Assembly (NCBI RefSeq): GCF_018977255.1
Contig: NW_024704743.1
Location: forward strand, 2,978,001-3,042,000
Direction: 5' to 3'
DNA length: 64,000 nt
Source of the DNA: Callorhinchus milii
Taxonomy: Eukaryota
Shown here: positions 35,513-45,965 of the stretch, in pieces
Layout of the letters: each line of letters opens with the position of its first letter
Position numbering within the stretch: the stretch's first letter is position 1
Translations under genes and position numbers: made by a program
Notes under the pieces: generated by a model
Told to the model about the DNA's origin: nothing
Seen by the model: the letters and a program-made list of their open reading frames with translations, nothing else
The model's database searches: none

Positions 35513-36563
35513 AGGTAAACAGAGGCACGTGGAGTAAGGAGATTTGCCTGAGGTTTCACCACCCCCACCCCCCCACCCCCAACCCCCCGGGAATCGAACC
35601 CGGGTCCTCTCGCTTGCAAGGCGAGCGCTCTAACCACTACGCGACTGGACTCTATAGTAAGTGCTGGCTGGCAAGCTTCGTAATGTTGGCCGGCACAGAC
35701 AGCCCAGTTGCTGACTTGCATTATAACAAATCTTGCTGTTCGAAGGTCTGGCAAGACAGAGCTGGGACCGGCTCCGTTAACACTGGTTCTGTTTGACTAA
35801 ATTTTACTCAGTACCCATTAACTCTAAACTTCCACAAAACAGCGCCTGTATGCGAATTAATTGATTCCTTTTGTTTAAGCGATGGGAAATCTCACTTGAT
35901 TCTTGCAATACCTTCGCCCTCTGTGCCTCCCCCAACCCCCCCCCCCCACCCTCACCACCCATTACCTCAGAAAGGGAGGCGTAAATTAAGCCAATTTCAA
36001 GGCTTTTTGTCTCTTCGGTGACTTAGAAATAACAACACTCCTTACGTTTAATATAGTAAACCTCAATTTAGGAGCACGTCTCGGATGCCTTCACAGGGCA
36101 TACTGTAAAGTGTTTTCTAAGCGAACACAGCAGCCAATTCGAGCATAGCAACATCCCACAAACAGCTGTGATATCACTGACCAATTTTATATTTGGGATT
36201 GTGGGCCAGGACACCAGGAGAGAGAAACTCCCTTCTCTTTTCCAATAGCGCTGCGGGTTCTTTAACATCCACCTGAACAGGCACAGACGGGGCCTCGGTT
36301 TAATGTTTCATCTGAAGGACGGCATCTCCGACAATGCAGCACTGCATTGGAGTGTCAGCTTAGATTAAGTGATTGCAAGTCCTGATGTGGGGCTTGAACC
36401 CACAACCTTCTGACTCAGAAGCAAGAGCGCTACCACTGAGCCAGGCTGACCTTACGATGTAATAAAAGTACAGAGATGGGTTAATGGCGTCCCCCACCCG
36501 TCCTTACGTTCCTAGTCAGTGTTACCACCACGGAGATCAAGGGTCACTTGAGGTCAGTCTTAC

Positions 36564-36617
36564 CTTAGGTCCTGTCGGGCCAGGAGGTCCCGCCAATCCC
36601 TGGATTCCTGCATCGCC
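36564..36617 (-). CDS. COL22A1: COL22A1 Gly-X-Y exon (GDAGIQGLAGPPGPTGPK)
   Basis: 54 nt, cag/gtaaga. Confidence 0.93.
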
Positions 36618-37615
36618 CTGAAACCAAGAGAGAATGGATTACGATAAGGGCAGGCTGGAATTATACTGGGACAACCCGATTTACAGCCTGACACGTTCGG
36701 AAACTCATCTCCGTGCTTCAGAGAATCCAAACCAAACTGAGAACTCCATGCATCCCACATGGAAACTCCAGAGAGGGATTGTCGGAATGGAATGCGCACT
36801 CTCCTCCTCCCTGGAGGGACGTATTCTGCTTACCTAATTCCGGAGAGTATTGGTAAGAGCCAAGGCTTGGGTACCCCAAAGTGTGCGTTGGGGTATCTGC
36901 TGGAGTCTAACCAGTTAAAATGGCATAGCTTTGTCATCTATAGCACTGTCTGGGAGAGGAGAGGAGAGGAGGGGAATTGAGGAAAGGAAGGAAGGGGTTA
37001 ATCAATTTGTTTCCCACTGGCACTAAAATGAGTTGGAACAGTATTCGGGTGATTAAGGTTAACAATAACAACAATCCTTACATTGGAAACAGCATCTTTC
37101 ACGTCGAAACACCTAATAACACTTCACAGGATTTACTGTAAAGTGTAGTGACTGTATTTTCTGGGTGAATGCAGCAGCCAATTTGCACACCGCGACGCCC
37201 CACAGACGACTGTAAAATGAATGACCAATTTTAACCGGGGGATTGTCAGCCAAGACACCAGGCAAGAGAAACTCCCTTCTGTTTTCTAATAGCACCACAG
37301 GATCTTTAACATCCACCTGAACAGAGCCTCAGTTCAACGTCTCATCAGAATGACGGCACCTCCGACAATGCATCACTTCCCCCAGCAATGCGCTGAAACG
37401 TCGGTCTTGATGTGAGCTCAAAGTCCTCAACGTGGGTTTTGAACCGAAGACGAGAGTGTGAGTGACTGAGTTGGGCTGATAAGAGTTTAGGATTGAGGGT
37501 TGTGGAGAGATTGAGATTCTCCCCTGAGACAGTAACACCTTCTAAACCTGATTAAGATCCTCTCTGAGGAAGTAATACATTTTGTTTAGAGATGTAAATA
37601 CTTTTGAATCGATAC

Positions 37616-37870
37616 CTTTGTGCCTTTGGCTCCATCTCACGGAGTTCAGTAGCTCAGTAGTTAGAGCACTCGCCAAGCAAGCAAGAGACCTGGTTTGTAT
37701 CCTGACAGGGCAAAACGTTATTTTCTACCACAAAATATACTATCATTTCACTTTAGAGTATATTCTGTGAAGCGATTTGAGACGTGTTGAAGGCTTGATA
37801 AGGCGCTATATCAAATGCAAGGATTATTATTATTATCCGTCCCCCTTAGTCCAGGCAGGCCCATCGCTCC
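37616..37870 (-). pseudogene. COL22A1: SINE-disrupted COL22A1 exon (ancestral 54 nt GAMGLPGLRGTD-GAKGTK)
   Basis: 5' half 37835-37870 after a cag acceptor; 3' half 37616-37633 before a gtatcg donor; 201-nt SINE-containing insert between them with an in-frame TGA at 37811-37813. Confidence 0.85.
37641..37834 (+). mobile_element. Family A SINE, internally deleted, inserted into a COL22A1 exon
   Basis: Head ggagttcagtagctcagtagttagagcact; tail aaggcgctatatcaaatgcaagg(att)n. Confidence 0.88.
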
Positions 37871-39965
37871 CTGTTAAAATAAAAATAATCCTTGCATTTG
37901 ATATAATGCTTTATCACGTCACTGTGACGTCTCAAAGTGCTTAGCAAAACATTGGCAGCCAATTGCACGCAGCAGCCTCCTACACACATTCATGGACCAA
38001 ATTATTATTTTTGTTTTTGGAAGGATTATTACCCCTGGAAAGCAATCTGCCAATTGACCAACAACCGGGTTCCTACTTACTGCAAGCTAAACAGGGGCAT
38101 GTGGAGTAAGGAACTTGCCTCCCCGGGAATTGAACCCCGGGTCCTCTCGCTTGCAGGAAGAGTGCTCTAACACTTTGAGTTAACACTGAATCAGAAGGTT
38201 CTCGGTTCAAGCCCCGGGTTGGAAAATAATCCTGGATTGAGTGACCAAATTCTTATTGTCCTAGGAAACTTGCCTAAGGTTTCGCTGCGCCCAGGAATCG
38301 AACCCGGGTCCTCTCGTTTGCAAGGTGAACGCGCTAACCACTAGGTTACGGGAGTCTACCGTGAAGCGTAGTGACTGTGGTGAATGGGGCAGTCGATATG
38401 TACACAGCAACGTCCAACAAAAACAGCCCTGAAGTGACTGAGCAATTTTATCCTGGGGAATTGTCAGGCAGGACATTGGGAGAGAGAAACTCCCATGGCT
38501 TTTCCAATAGCGATGCGGGATCTCTAACGTTCACCTGAACAGGTAGAGACGGGACCTCGGTTTAAACCTGTTAATCTGTGATTGAATTAATCTGTGAAAT
38601 TCTGCCATGTGAACTGAAGAACGACGCCTCCGACAACGCGCTGCTATCCCTTGTCAGCCTCACGTGTGAAAATGAAGCAATTTCGGGTCCTAAACAAACG
38701 TGGTTAATCCTGGCAGCGACTTGGGCTCCAGCCAACAGGTTTATTTATAATTTTTATGAATTAACAGAGAGATCTCAAGTGTAGCCTCAGACGTCAGATG
38801 CAGTCGATTAGAAAGAGCTGATAAGCGACAGGTGTCAGGCGCCGGCTGTGTTATTACAAGGTGGCGTCAGTTACCACAGGAGCTAAAGTAGCTCCATAAA
38901 GTGTAGTGGTCCCGAAGGGTATGAAACGAATGGCTGTGGAAATCAGCCGGTAACTCGCATCACACGAAGGCCCAACGGAACCACCTCCTGTCAACGTACA
39001 GTGGAGGGACATGAATGGGCAAACACCAGGAATAATAACCCTCGCATCTGACACAGCGCCTTAGTACGTCCGAATTTCGCAGATTAATTCAATTACAGAT
39101 TAACAGATTTAAATTAAATTAAATGATTACGCAGGGAGACAGAGCTGCAAAACTCTTCACAGGTTACATTGCAAAGTAGGGCCACTGTGTGCGTTTTGTG
39201 GGCAAAACCCAGCAGCCAGTTTGGACGCAACAATGTCCCACAAACAGCCATGAAGTGAGTGCCCGATTTTATCTGGAACATTGTTGGCTGGGACACCGAG
39301 GGAAGGGGTTGGGTGGGATGGAGGGGTTTAGGGTGGGGGTGGGATGGGGGTTTGAAACTCCCTTCTCTTTTTAAGTAGTGTTGCGGGATCTTTTAGGTCC
39401 ACCTATGGGCTTTTTTTTACACTGCTTCCCGTCCCACGTGTATCAGCCTGGATCGGTGGTAGCATTCTCGCCTCCGAGTCAGAATGTTGTGGGTTCAAGC
39501 TCCAGGCGGGACTTGGAATCACGAGGTCTAAGCTGACTCTCCAATGCGGCGCTGGGGGTGGGTTGCACTGTCAGAGGCTCCGTCCTTTGATGAAACGTTA
39601 AACCGAGATTCTGTTCGTGTCTGTTCAGGTGGATTTTTAAGATCCCACGCACTCCCCGTGTCCTGGCCGACAATCACCCAAACGAAACCAACTGGTCACT
39701 CACTCCACGGCCTTTTGTATGACATTGTTTTGCGCAAACTGGCTGCCCCGTTTCGCCCACAAAACACAAGGTCAAATCCACTTCACAGTAAATTCTGTGA
39801 AGCGCTTTGAGACATCTCGACGACAGGATAAGGCGCTATACCAAATACAAGGATTATTATTATGTTATTGTTATCCCCGCGTCTGTGAGGCACAGGAGGT
39901 GGATGTCTCGCTGGATGGTGCAGAGAGAAGCTCCAATAATACACAACGGAGGCACTGTGACGTAC

Positions 39966-40004
39966 CTTTGCCCCTCGTTCCACTGTCAACTGGCTCGAGC
40001 TCAC
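39966..40004 (-). CDS. COL22A1: COL22A1 helix-interruption exon (VSSSQLTVERGAK)
   Basis: 39 nt, tgcag/gtacgt, phase 0; size and position match a 13-residue interruption recalled from human collagen XXII. Confidence 0.65.
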
Positions 40005-40659
40005 CTGCAATTGAAAAGATAGTGTTGACAGGCTGTCCGCCAATGGGAATACGGGCTAACACAACAACAAATTGCATTTATACAGTGCCTTTGGGACAAT
40101 GAGGGGTTTGCACCTGAGTTATGGGTTGGGATCAGAGGAGGTGGAGGGCGAGGAGGGTGGAGGAGAGAAGATGACCAAAGGCAACGGTCTTACAGGGGGC
40201 AAGGGAGGTGCAATGTGTCATATCAGTGTATCAGTACAAGTTGGCAATGGGTCACAAGACAGATTCGGATTAAGAATGTTCCTTCCGTTTGCTACAGCAT
40301 CGAGACATCCCAAAGCACATCACAGGATTTTACCGTAGAGTATTGTTCGTGTGTTTTGCGGACGGACACTGCAGCACAGCCACAGAGTCGCACAGACAGC
40401 CACAGAGTGAATGAGGACACAGACAGACACAGAGTCGTAAAGGGGCAATTTCAGGACTTACACCAGGAAGTATATCTTTACCCAGAGGGTAATTAACGAC
40501 TGGAACCGGAAGGGTGGTTCAGACCCAGACATTGGGACTCATTTAAAAAGTAGCTGGATGCTGTGATGATGGGATGGTAGGGCTAGTGTTCTGGAGGGAT
40601 GAGATTGGGGATGAAGGGTCTTCTTCATTCAAACTGATTTTGTGATGTAAGGGGCCTAC

Positions 40660-40713
40660 CGTATCTCCTTTTTCTCCTTTGGGGCCAGGAAATCCCGGTT
40701 GACCTCTGTCTCC
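40660..40713 (-). CDS. COL22A1: COL22A1 Gly-X-Y exon (GDRGQPGFPGPKGEKGDT)
   Basis: 54 nt, cag/gtaggc. Confidence 0.93.
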
Positions 40714-41433
40714 CTGTTAACAGCAAGAAATAATAATAATATTATTATACTATTATTATACTATTTATTATTTTAATATTTAATACTATTCTGCCAGCGA
40801 TTAAGACAAGCTGTGGCTCTTCAGCCTCAGAAAGAGATGTTTCCGAGAGGACCTCATTGAGTTGCGTAAGGGAGACAACAACTTGCAATTTATAATAATA
40901 ATAATAATCCTTGCATTTGATACAGCGCCTTATCATGTCTCGAGACGTCTCAAAGCGCTTCACAGAACATACTGTAAGGTGAATTGACTGTATGTTTTGT
41001 GGGCGAAACGCGGCCGCCAATTGCACACAGCAGCGTCCCACAAACAGTCGTGGATTGAGGTGTCCAATTTTCTTTGGAATTATTATCCCCAGAAAAACAA
41101 CCGGGCTCGGTAAACAGAGGCGCGTGGGGTAAGGAAACATGCCCGACATTTCACCCGGCCGGGAATCGAACCCAGGTCCTCTTGCTTGCGAGGCGAGCGC
41201 TCTAGCCACTAAGCCACAGAATTAATTGGTACCATCTTGGAGCGCTGGACGGTGATGGAGCTTGATGCTGAGCTGGAGCAAGGCAAGTACACAATGCACG
41301 ATACATTAATACAGTGCCTTTCACATCAGTAGGACAGGATGTCTCTAAGGTTTACTGTAAAAGTGCAGTGACTGTGTTTTGTGGGTGAAACGTTTGCACG
41401 TAGAAACATTCACAGCGAACCACCAGTACTGAC

Positions 41434-41469
41434 CTTTGGACCTGGACGCCCCGCTTGTCCAAAGCTGCC
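41434..41469 (-). CDS. COL22A1: COL22A1 Gly-X-Y exon (GSFGQAGRPGPK)
   Basis: 36 nt, cag/gtcagt, phase 0. Confidence 0.85.
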
Positions 41470-42401
41470 CTGTGGAGGAACACAAGGGAACAGTCAGAGC
41501 ATGAGACGGAGGACATTTAATGCAACAGCCAAAACTTTTGCTGCGGAAAAATGTTCGTCGTAAATAGGAAATGAATTGCTGGGCGACCTTCTTTCTAACA
41601 CGGTCATCGAGGCCCAATCCCAAATCACGTCAGGTGAGAGAAAATGGCCACCTTCCAGGTCATCAGGTCACCACTGATGACGGCACAGCCCAGGTTGGCT
41701 CATCAGCAGGAATTGAAAGGGCAGACTAGTCAATGGGGGCAGGGAATCCTACCACTCAGCTCCCTTTAACCCTGCAAGCCAAAGCCCTATCTGGTCGGGT
41801 GGTCATAGCTTCACAAGTAGCAGCAAAACTTGTCTGTCAGTGCTTTGTCTTAAAACACTATGATAATAATCCTTGCATGTGATATAGCGCCTCATCACGT
41901 CTTCGAGATGCCTCAAAGGGCTTCTAAGATGAATTGACTATATATGGGTTAAACGCAGCAATAGTGCACAGCAGTGAGCCACAGACAGTCATGGATTGGG
42001 TGAACAAATTATTATTTTTTTAAATGGATTATTACCCCTGGAAAGCAATTCGCCAATCAATTAATCACCGCGTTCCTACTGATTGCGAGGTAGGCAAGGC
42101 AGGCATATGGAGTAAGGAAAGATGTCTAACGTTTTCAGAGATTATCACCCCCGGAAAGCGATCCGCCAATTGACTAACAACCGGGCTCCTACTTGCTGCC
42201 GGGTAAACAGAGGCGTGTGGAGGAAGGTGAGCAGGGAATTTCGCCCTGACCGGGAATCAAACCCGGATCCTCTAACTTGCAAGGCAAGCGTGCTGACCGT
42301 TACGCTACGTGGGGAAGATCCAAGGCTTGGGGACCAGAGTGTGCGTTGGGTGTAACCGCTGGAGTCTAACCAGCGAAAACTGCATAGCTTTCCATTGAGC
42401 G

Positions 42402-42755
42402 CACAGACACAGAGTGAGACACACAGACAGACACAGAGAGACAGTGACAGACACAGAGAGAGACAGTGACAGACAGAGAGAGAGACACAGAAAGACACAG
42501 AGAGACAGTGACAGACACAGAGAGAGACAGTGACAGACACAGAGAGAGACAGTGACAGACACAGAAAAACACAGAAACACAGAAAGACATAGAGAGATAG
42601 TGACAGACAGAGAGAGACAGTGACGGACAAAGAGAGAGACAGTGAGAGTGACAGTGACAGATACAGAGGGAGACACACAGAGATACAGTGGCAGACGCAG
42701 AGAGACACAGAGTCAGTCACAGACAAAAAGAGACAGAGAGAGAGAGAGAGAGAGA
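42402..42755. repeat. Compound GA/GACA microsatellite
   Basis: gacagtgacagacacagagaga-type units. Confidence 0.9.
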
Positions 42756-42771
42756 CCAAGCCAGCGTTTAC

Positions 42772-42888
42772 CTTCTCTCCCTTAGAGCAGGAGCAGTTGA
42801 TAGTTTGCCGACTATCAGCTTCTGCGGCGGGTGGGGTTCTTCCGGGGATCTCGATGTCAGGGGCCTGGGTGACAACTGTCAGTCCGCA
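42772..42888 (-). CDS. COL22A1: COL22A1 exon (linker CGLTVVTQAPDIEIPGRTPPAAEADSRQTINCSCSKGEK)
   Basis: 117 nt, cag/gtaaac; TINCSC motif immediately before the triple helix. Confidence 0.92.
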
Positions 42889-43520
42889 CTGGAGAGAGAG
42901 ACAGAGAGGGGTGGGGAGAGGGTCTCAGAGAAAGAGAGGGAGAGACAGAAGAGAGAGAAAGACCTCTGTTAACGACAGCAGAGACAAAAATATAAAGCCT
43001 TCCACACCCTGAAGTCCTTCACCAGAGCCAGGCGGAGACTGTTTTGAGGATGTCGGTAAGGACACAGTCAACAAGTCCGTTTTTTATGTCATGTTAGAGC
43101 TTCCATTTCTTCAATAATTCTCCAATTCTCTCCTCATCGGTATATGCTTCTCTGGCCCTGCGCTGGGCTCTCTGCCCTTGCTCTGGCCTCTCCTCTCCGG
43201 GTGCGTTGTCCCTCAGGCCCCGAGCCGGGGCGGGTGGAGGAGAAAGTAAACATGGCCGAAGAGGAAGGTCTTCAGTCATGATCTGAAAGAGGGGTAGGGA
43301 TTGGGTAGGGGGGTTCCAAGCTTCGGGGCATAGCGGCTGAAACTAAGGCCGCTGATGGTGGACCGAGGGGCTCGAGGGGCAAGCAGGAAGCCAGAACCAG
43401 CCCAGCGGAAGCAGCAGGTAGTCGTATGGGGAGAAAGCAAGTCATAGAGGTAGGGAGTTCGCCAGGTAGGGAAGGTACTTGGAGACAACTCCAACTAGCG
43501 GGCGGGGATGTGTTACTCAC

Positions 43521-43601
43521 CGGATTGCTTGGGAGATCACAGCAAGTCTCCAGCTCCGCGTCTCTGGCATCGCAGTAAATGACCATCCGCTGCAGTTCGA
43601 A
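43521..43601 (-). CDS. COL22A1: COL22A1 exon (TSPN end, FELQRMVIYCDARDAELETCCDLPSNP)
   Basis: 81 nt, cag/gtgagt; ETCCD motif. Confidence 0.95.
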
Positions 43602-44247
43602 CTGGAAGGGAAGTCCATCAAAACGCAACTTTCAGTCGTGAGCAATTGAAAGCAATTTATCTCGGATGCAGCAAATATACATAAATAATCCTCAGGCTTG
43701 TTGCAGCGCCTTATCGTGTCGTCGGGACCCCCAACCTCACTGCAGAGCCTGTCATTCCACTTTGGAAATGTCTCCGTCCTCAGCTCTCTTTGGTAAAATG
43801 GTAATGATCTTCACAGTTGCTATACAAAATATACAGTCAATTCACTTCACAGTGTATTCTGCGAAGCGCTTTGAGACGTCTCAAAGACGTGATAAGGCGC
43901 TATATCAAATGCGAGGATTATTATTATCGATACAGTTCCTTATCACATCGGGAGGAGTTCACAGGACTTACTGTTAAGCCTAACGACTGTGTTTTGTGGG
44001 TGAACGCAGCAGACAATAGATACCCAGCAGTGCCCCACAAATTAAGTTAATGTCTTATTTTATCTGGGGGATTGTCAGCCAGGACACGGGGAGAGAAACT
44101 CTCTTCTACTTTCCAATAGGGCCAAGAGATCTTTAACGTCCACCTCAATAGTCACAGACAGGACAGCGGTTTAAGTTCCCTTTCATGAGCTGGGCTGAGC
44201 CACTCAGGTGTAGTGACTGTGCGTTGCAAGAAGGGGGAGCCACTCAC

Positions 44248-44523
44248 ATCGATGGGAACGCTGTCGTACAGACGCTTGCCGATGACGGTTTTCCCTCGGA
44301 TGTCGATGTTCTCTCTCTCTTCGAGGGGTAAGGTGCCCACCAGCTGGCAGTCGATGTAGAGAGCCACGCTGCTGGACCCCACGCTCACCGCCAACTTGTG
44401 CCAATTCCGGTCAAACAAGTGGGCCACGTCACGGTGCCTGAACACGGCCCGTACTGCGTCCGTGCTCAGCCCCACCGCGTTGTACTCCACCATTTTGTTC
44501 TCACCGTCCAGTCGGATGGAAAC
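44248..44523 (-). CDS. COL22A1: COL22A1 exon (TSPN/LamG, VSIRLDGENK...KRLYDSVPID)
   Basis: 276 nt, cag/gtgagt; LFDRNWHKLA and VALYIDC motifs. Confidence 0.96.
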
Positions 44524-45516
44524 CTGAAAAATTGCAGTAATAGCCCTACGTTTGTACAATTCATATGTGAGACTGGGGTAAGCAGTCTGGAGGACTGTGT
44601 CCAGCTTCAGGCACCGCACTTCATGAAGGATGTTAAGACGTTGGGAGGGGCAGGAGAGCACAGGAGGCTGATCCCAGGAATGACGAGGGGGGCTACAGTT
44701 AAGAGGAGAAATTGGAGAAGCTGAATCACTACGCCCCGAGGAATGACGACAGACCCCGAGTGGTACACCCGGCAGTTTCCTCACAGAACGCTCCCTCTTT
44801 CCCCAGTGAGAAACTCCTCTACGTCCTTCATTCCCTGCCCAGCCCCCCTCCTCACCCTACCTCTGCGACCTACTGACCTGCCCGTTCCCTTTGCCCAGCA
44901 AACACCAGCTTGCTTCATGTCCCCCATCTGCCCCATCATTGCCATTTCGTCTCCGTTCTCTGGAGTTCCATTCCTGGAGTCCTTCCGACTCCCTCCCTCA
45001 CCCCCTCTTTCAAGGCATATCAAGACCTAACTCTTTGACCACGCTTTCGGTCATCTTTTCCAGCTCCCCATCCCAACTCTTCTCAGCTCCCACCCCCAGC
45101 TCAGGTGCCCAACCGGCAGTGCAGAGCCAAGGCGTCGTGTCAATGTTATGTTTCTGGAAAAAAAATATGCTTGTGCAGCCCCCTGGACCTTCATCAAACA
45201 GGGTATCAGGCCAGTGGCAGCCAAAAGGTTGGACCGCGATGATCTGGGGCATGGGGAGCCAGTGAAGCCGGAAGAAGATGGGAGTGATAGGGTCACGGAG
45301 CCTGGTGCGGGAGAGGACACGGGCTGCAGAGTTCGGAATAATCTGCAGCTTGTGGAGGAAAGAATTGGGAAGACGGGCGAGCGGGGAGTCAGCTTAGGTC
45401 AAGCCTGGATGTTACCAAAGCGTGGACGAGACTCAGTGAACTATGCGTCTGAGACCTGGAGGAATGCGTTGCTGGCTGGTTTGCCCCGGGGTGAGTGACA
45501 GCCCAGCTGTCAGTAC

Positions 45517-45640
45517 CTGGGGGATGCCGTATTTGTCAATGATCTGCCAGATGTACCAGTCTTGCTTCCTCGAGGCTTTCCTGAACTTGAAGGTGGTGAC
45601 GAAGGCATACTCATCAGGCAGGCCTTGAGGAAACACGTCG
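45517..45640 (-). CDS. COL22A1: COL22A1 exon (TSPN, DVFPQGLPDEYAFVTTFKFRKASRKQDWYIWQIIDKYGIPQ)
   Basis: 124 nt, cag/gtactg, phase 2-0; near identity to collagen XXII. Confidence 0.96.
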
Positions 45641-45644
45641 CTGC

Positions 45645-45965
45645 AGAGAGAGAGAGAGAGACACACACGCGGATAGAGAGAGAGAGGAGAGAGAGACGCG
45701 CACAGATAGATAGACTCGCGCACAGATCGAGAGAGAGAGAAACACACACAAAATATAGAGAGACAGATACACAGATAGAGAGAGAGAGAGAGAGGAGAGA
45801 GACGCGCACAGATAGATAGACTCCGCACAGATCGAGAGAGAGAAACACACACAAAATATAGAGAGACAGATACACAGATAGAGAGAGAGAGAGACACACA
45901 CACACACAGATAGAGAGCGAGAGAGACACACACACACACACACACACAGATAGAAAGAGACACAA
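45645..45965. repeat. Compound GA/CA microsatellite with an internal duplication of about 105 bp; forms the pyrimidine tract of the 45517-45640 exon
   Basis: gacgcgcacagatagatagact...gatcgagagag...aaaatatagagagacagatac occurs twice. Confidence 0.9.

Noticed and set aside
43094..43279. 61-aa ORF ending EERIGELLKKWKL
   Set aside because: Starts inside an L2 fragment, resembles the GA-rich tail at 10030-10230, and has no splice or promoter support
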